Source: Candidatus Caldarchaeales archaeon
GTDB taxonomy: Archaea > Thermoproteota > Nitrososphaeria_A > Caldarchaeales > Calditenuaceae
Direction: 5' to 3'
Assembly: GCA_032249095.1 (NCBI GenBank)
Contig: JAVVGN010000039.1
Span: 1 to 17,991 of the forward strand
Length of the DNA stretch: 17,991 nucleotides
The notes beneath the pieces were generated by a model. The model did no database searches. It had not been told where the DNA came from and saw only the letters and a program-made list of their open reading frames with translations. Made by a program: the position numbers and the translations under genes. The first letter of the stretch is position 1; every line of letters begins with the position of its first letter. Shown here in pieces: positions 15,521 through 17,991 of this stretch.

Positions 15521-16752
15521 CTGGAGACTCCCTCAAGCTCGGCAGCCCCCCTAAGAATGAGATAAGTGGCGGCGTAGAGGGGCAGCTCCATGCTCCGGGG
15601 CTCCGGCACCTCGTCAAACTCCATCCCACCAAGCCTGAAGGCGGGGCAATAGAGAACCCGCACCCTCACCCTTCTATCCTTCGGGAGGGCCGCCGAGACC
15701 TCGAGGGGGTCGGTGTCCTCCAGCTCCCCCACTGGAATCCGACACGCAAGGAGTCCCGTCTTGCCGTTAAGCGTCCCGGAGAGTCTCAGGAGCCTATGGA
15801 TATCAGCCGTGACCACAGGGTCTATCTTGATAGACTCCATCCTTATGGCCACCTCCACTAGCTTCGCCCAGAGTCCCGCTGGAGCGGCTGCCCAGTCAGG
15901 CTCCTCGATCCAAGAGCTGCTGAGTTGTTCGATAATCCCTCCATACTTCTCCAACAGTTTTTGGGGGAGGAGTTTAGGGTTCTGGAGGAGGGCGTATATC
16001 CGTCTCTCGATGCGGCCCTTCAGCCCAGGCAGCTGAAACGTTGGCGGCGGCAGCCCCTTAACAGAGGGCCTCCCCCTCTTTCCAGCTCCGCCGGGTAAGC
16101 CAACCAGGCTCGGGACCAGGCCCTCGCAGAGGAGGTAGCTGACGATCGCTCTCCGCGCTATCTGGTCCAGCCCCCTGAAGGCCTCGGAGTAAACAACAAC
16201 GTGATAGCCCCTATTCCCCGAGAAGCCGACCTCGATCTCGCCCTCCTCAGCCCCAAGCTCGTCCATCAATATGGCCACAAGCCTCGCCGCCTCTGCCCTA
16301 GCCCCGCTGATACACCCCTCGCAGACCCACTCAAGAGTCCTCAGGGGCTGGCCGCAACTGGGACAACCGTTGCCGGCCTCTTCGACGAGGCCGTGGGTGC
16401 TGCATAACTGATACTCGTGCCGGCCCGCGCATGGAGGGTCTAGATGGTCGGCGTCTATGTCGAAGATAAGGTCCGCGCCGAGCCACTCCTTCTCATTCAT
16501 CGGAGCAGCAGGATACCTGTAGTAGGCGGCAGACCTGTAGGCGTGGAGAGGCGAGGCTCTGGCGACAGCCGCCCTCACCTCGTCGGCCGAGCCTAAGGCG
16601 ATGTGTCTGACCATCTCTCCGTCAAAGGGCCAGTAGCCATACTCCCTCATCTCCGGACGTGGGGGCGGGTTGATGAGGCTTGCGGACCGCCTATAGAACT
16701 CTCTAAACACGGCCCTCACGAACTCTAGCGAACGCCCCTTAGCCGAGGCCAA
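15517..16752 (-). CDS. priS: DNA primase small (catalytic) subunit PriS
   Basis: Catalytic acidic motif DLIFDIDADH, Cys cluster CPSCG...CEGC, RLSGTLNGKTG (cf. R.PGS.H.KTG), N-terminal FREFYRR. TTG start at 16752; the frame is closed by a stop at 16765-16767. Confidence 0.9.
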   Translation of the reverse strand: MASAKGRSLEFVRAVFREFYRRSASLINPPPRPEMREYGYWPFDGEMVRHIALGSADEVRAAVARASPLHAYRSAAYYRYPAAPMNEKEWLGADLIFDIDADHLDPPCAGRHEYQLCSTHGLVEEAGNGCPSCGQPLRTLEWVCEGCISGARAEAARLVAILMDELGAEEGEIEVGFSGNRGYHVVVYSEAFRGLDQIARRAIVSYLLCEGLVPSLVGLPGGAGKRGRPSVKGLPPPTFQLPGLKGRIERRIYALLQNPKLLPQKLLEKYGGIIEQLSSSWIEEPDWAAAPAGLWAKLVEVAIRMESIKIDPVVTADIHRLLRLSGTLNGKTGLLACRIPVGELEDTDPLEVSAALPKDRRVRVRVLYCPAFRLGGMEFDEVPEPRSMELPLYAATYLILRGAAELEGVSS

Positions 16753-16773
16753 CCAACCATATGATCACCGCGC

Positions 16774-16787
16774 CAAAAATATAGATT
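16774..16787 (-). promoter_or_regulatory. TATA box (minus strand AATCTATATTTTTG) for priS
   Basis: Centre is about 29 nt upstream of the TTG start at 16752. Confidence 0.45.
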
Positions 16788-16797
16788 CCGAAGCCCG

Positions 16798-17436
16798 CTA
16801 GCCCTGTATGCCGATCCACGACAGAATCTTAGCCCAGTCGAGCCGCGCAACGAGATATGCAAGCAGCATGGCCGCCGCCGCGGTGGCGACCGAGACTGCT
16901 AAAAGTCTCGAGAAGTTACCCGCTGGGCCACACTCGACGAGCAGGCAGACGACCCCCTGGAGTGGCGTGGAAAGATAAGCGACGGCTGAGGTGATTACGA
17001 GCTTGCCTGCGAAGACGAATGGGAAAAAGAGCCTGTTGCTCAGACCTGTTAGGGCGAGGAGCATGTAGACCACGTCGTCTGGGACGGGCGTCGCGGCCGT
17101 GACCAGAACAGCTACCCACCCATACTTCTTGATCAACCGCTGGAGCGGCGCAATACGCTGGAGAGAGTCCTGACTCATGAGCCCTCTTCCTCCGCGAAAG
17201 ACGTTGTAAAGCGCAAGCTTTCCCAGCGAGGCGCCTAATGCGCTGAGAACCGCGGTGGGAGCAGGGTCAAGCCCACCGGCCACAATAGCTATGATTATTG
17301 GCGGTATGTAGGGTCCCGAGACGAATGGGATCATGCTCCCCAACAGGCTGGAGGCAAAGACTCCGGCGTACCCATACGCCACAAACCCGCTCCAAACCTG
17401 GTCCCACAGCATAGGCATTCGGGTAGACACCACCAC
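16798..17436 (-). CDS. DedA/VTT-domain (SNARE-associated) family integral membrane protein
   Basis: Multi-pass hydrophobic protein with LLGSMIPFVSGPYIPPIIIAIVAGG and KKYGWVAVLVTAATPVPDDVVYMLLALTGLS, both resembling DedA-family signatures. The GTG start at 17436 is uncertain; ATG 17418 (MPMLWDQ...) is an alternative. Confidence 0.7.
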   Translation of the reverse strand: MVVSTRMPMLWDQVWSGFVAYGYAGVFASSLLGSMIPFVSGPYIPPIIIAIVAGGLDPAPTAVLSALGASLGKLALYNVFRGGRGLMSQDSLQRIAPLQRLIKKYGWVAVLVTAATPVPDDVVYMLLALTGLSNRLFFPFVFAGKLVITSAVAYLSTPLQGVVCLLVECGPAGNFSRLLAVSVATAAAAMLLAYLVARLDWAKILSWIGIQG

Positions 17437-17446
17437 TCGGGCCAGC

Positions 17447-17459
17447 CTAATAATAAAGC
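17447..17459. promoter_or_regulatory. AT-rich TATA-like element (CTAATAATAAAGC) in the divergent intergenic region between the DedA-like and ubiquitin-like genes
   Basis: This is the only AT-rich box in the 79-nt spacer. It lies 18-36 nt from the candidate minus-strand starts and about 63 nt from ATG 17516. Confidence 0.3.
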
Positions 17460-17515
17460 ATTCTCAAAATCGATGGTCGACACGCGGCTGGAAGGGGCGG
17501 CCCGAGTAAACGTTA

Positions 17516-17848
17516 ATGGGCAGCGTAGACCTCATTTCAGAAGAAGGCTTGTCAGTAGTTATCCAGATCCCTGCGGCGCTGAGGGTGCTGACAGACAACA
17601 AGACGCGGATCGAGGTCGAGGCAAGAACGGTGTCCGAGGCCCTCCAGGCGCTGGTGGAGAAGTATCCTGACCTGGCAAGATACATATTCGACGAGCACCA
17701 GCGAATCCGCAGCTTCATAAATATCTTCCTCAACAACAAGGACATTCGCACCCTAAACGGCCTTGACACACCCCTAAGAGACTCTGACCAACTCCTGATA
17801 CTCCCAGCCATCGCAGGCGGCCTACCCCACAACTCCTATCCGCGTTAA
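17516..17848 (+). CDS. MoaD/ThiS-family beta-grasp ubiquitin-like protein (SAMP/Urm1-like) with residues after the di-glycine
   Basis: VVIQIPAALRVL...VEARTVSEALQALVEKYPDL...INIFLNNKDIRTLNGLDTPLRDSDQLLILPAIAGG matches the archaeal MoaD pattern (f.a.lr...v.e..TV.dLl..L...yp.l......vnI.vNg..i..l.GldT.L.dgDev.i.PpvaGG). The ORF then continues LPHNSYPR before TAA. The start could be ATG 17516 or TTG 17549. Confidence 0.7.
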   Translation: MGSVDLISEEGLSVVIQIPAALRVLTDNKTRIEVEARTVSEALQALVEKYPDLARYIFDEHQRIRSFINIFLNNKDIRTLNGLDTPLRDSDQLLILPAIAGGLPHNSYPR

Positions 17849-17991
17849 AGGTGAGACAAACGGGAGCCAGATGACTGCTTCGCATTATGAAAAAGCCGCC
17901 GAAAGTTAAGACAAGGTAGGTGGAGTATGGGCGCTAGCATGTTCTTACTGGTCGACTCCCTCTTCTCTTAACTGCGACATGCTCAAAGAGA

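Noticed and set aside
17464-17832. 122-aa minus-strand ORF and 65-aa plus-strand ORF (17473-17670) overlapping the ubiquitin-like gene.
   Set aside because: Both translate to Arg/Ser/Gly-rich sequence without motifs, whereas the 17516-17848 frame gives a clear MoaD/ThiS pattern. The ATG at 17473 is close to the TATA-like box, but the product looks non-biological.
1-17991. Scan for CRISPR repeats, tRNA/rRNA genes, inteins in mcm, and known defence or toxin-antitoxin modules.
   Set aside because: No regularly spaced repeats were found. The intergenic regions are too short and lack tRNA-like T-arm sequences. MCM is of normal length, and no defence-type domains were recognised by eye.

Overview
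This window reads as a GC-rich (roughly 60% G+C) archaeal chromosome, almost certainly crenarchaeal (Thermoproteota). The supporting signs are TATA-like boxes about 27-30 nt upstream of most first-gene start codons, frequent GTG/TTG starts, and a Gins23/MCM/PriS gene set. I cannot assign a genus by eye.

Most of the window, 4.1-17.9 kb, is tightly packed housekeeping DNA:
- a CBS-domain protein
- a gins23-mcm-hel308 replication operon
- a minus-strand methyltransferase/CitG-like pair, divergent from an HTH regulator
- a HIT protein
- the Taw1/TYW1 radical-SAM enzyme
- aspartate kinase
- the primase catalytic subunit PriS
- a DedA-type membrane protein
- a MoaD/ThiS-type ubiquitin-like protein

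The left 4 kb looks atypical or accessory. It holds a 590-nt ORF-free block of about 45% G+C with a recurring G-run word. Next comes a frameshifted, 3'-truncated IS110-like (DEDD) recombinase gene. After that is a gene for a surface-anchored protein of about 875 aa built from tandem beta-sandwich-like modules.

I see no CRISPR array, tRNA or rRNA, and no recognisable defence system. The three most unusual items are:
- the non-coding block next to the IS110-like remnant, a bridge-RNA-like hypothesis that is purely inferential
- a ubiquitin-like protein whose Gly-Gly is followed by 8 extra residues
- an orphan CitG-like/methyltransferase operon next to an HTH/ferritin-like fusion regulator

All functional calls rest on by-eye motif recognition. 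No database search was possible.
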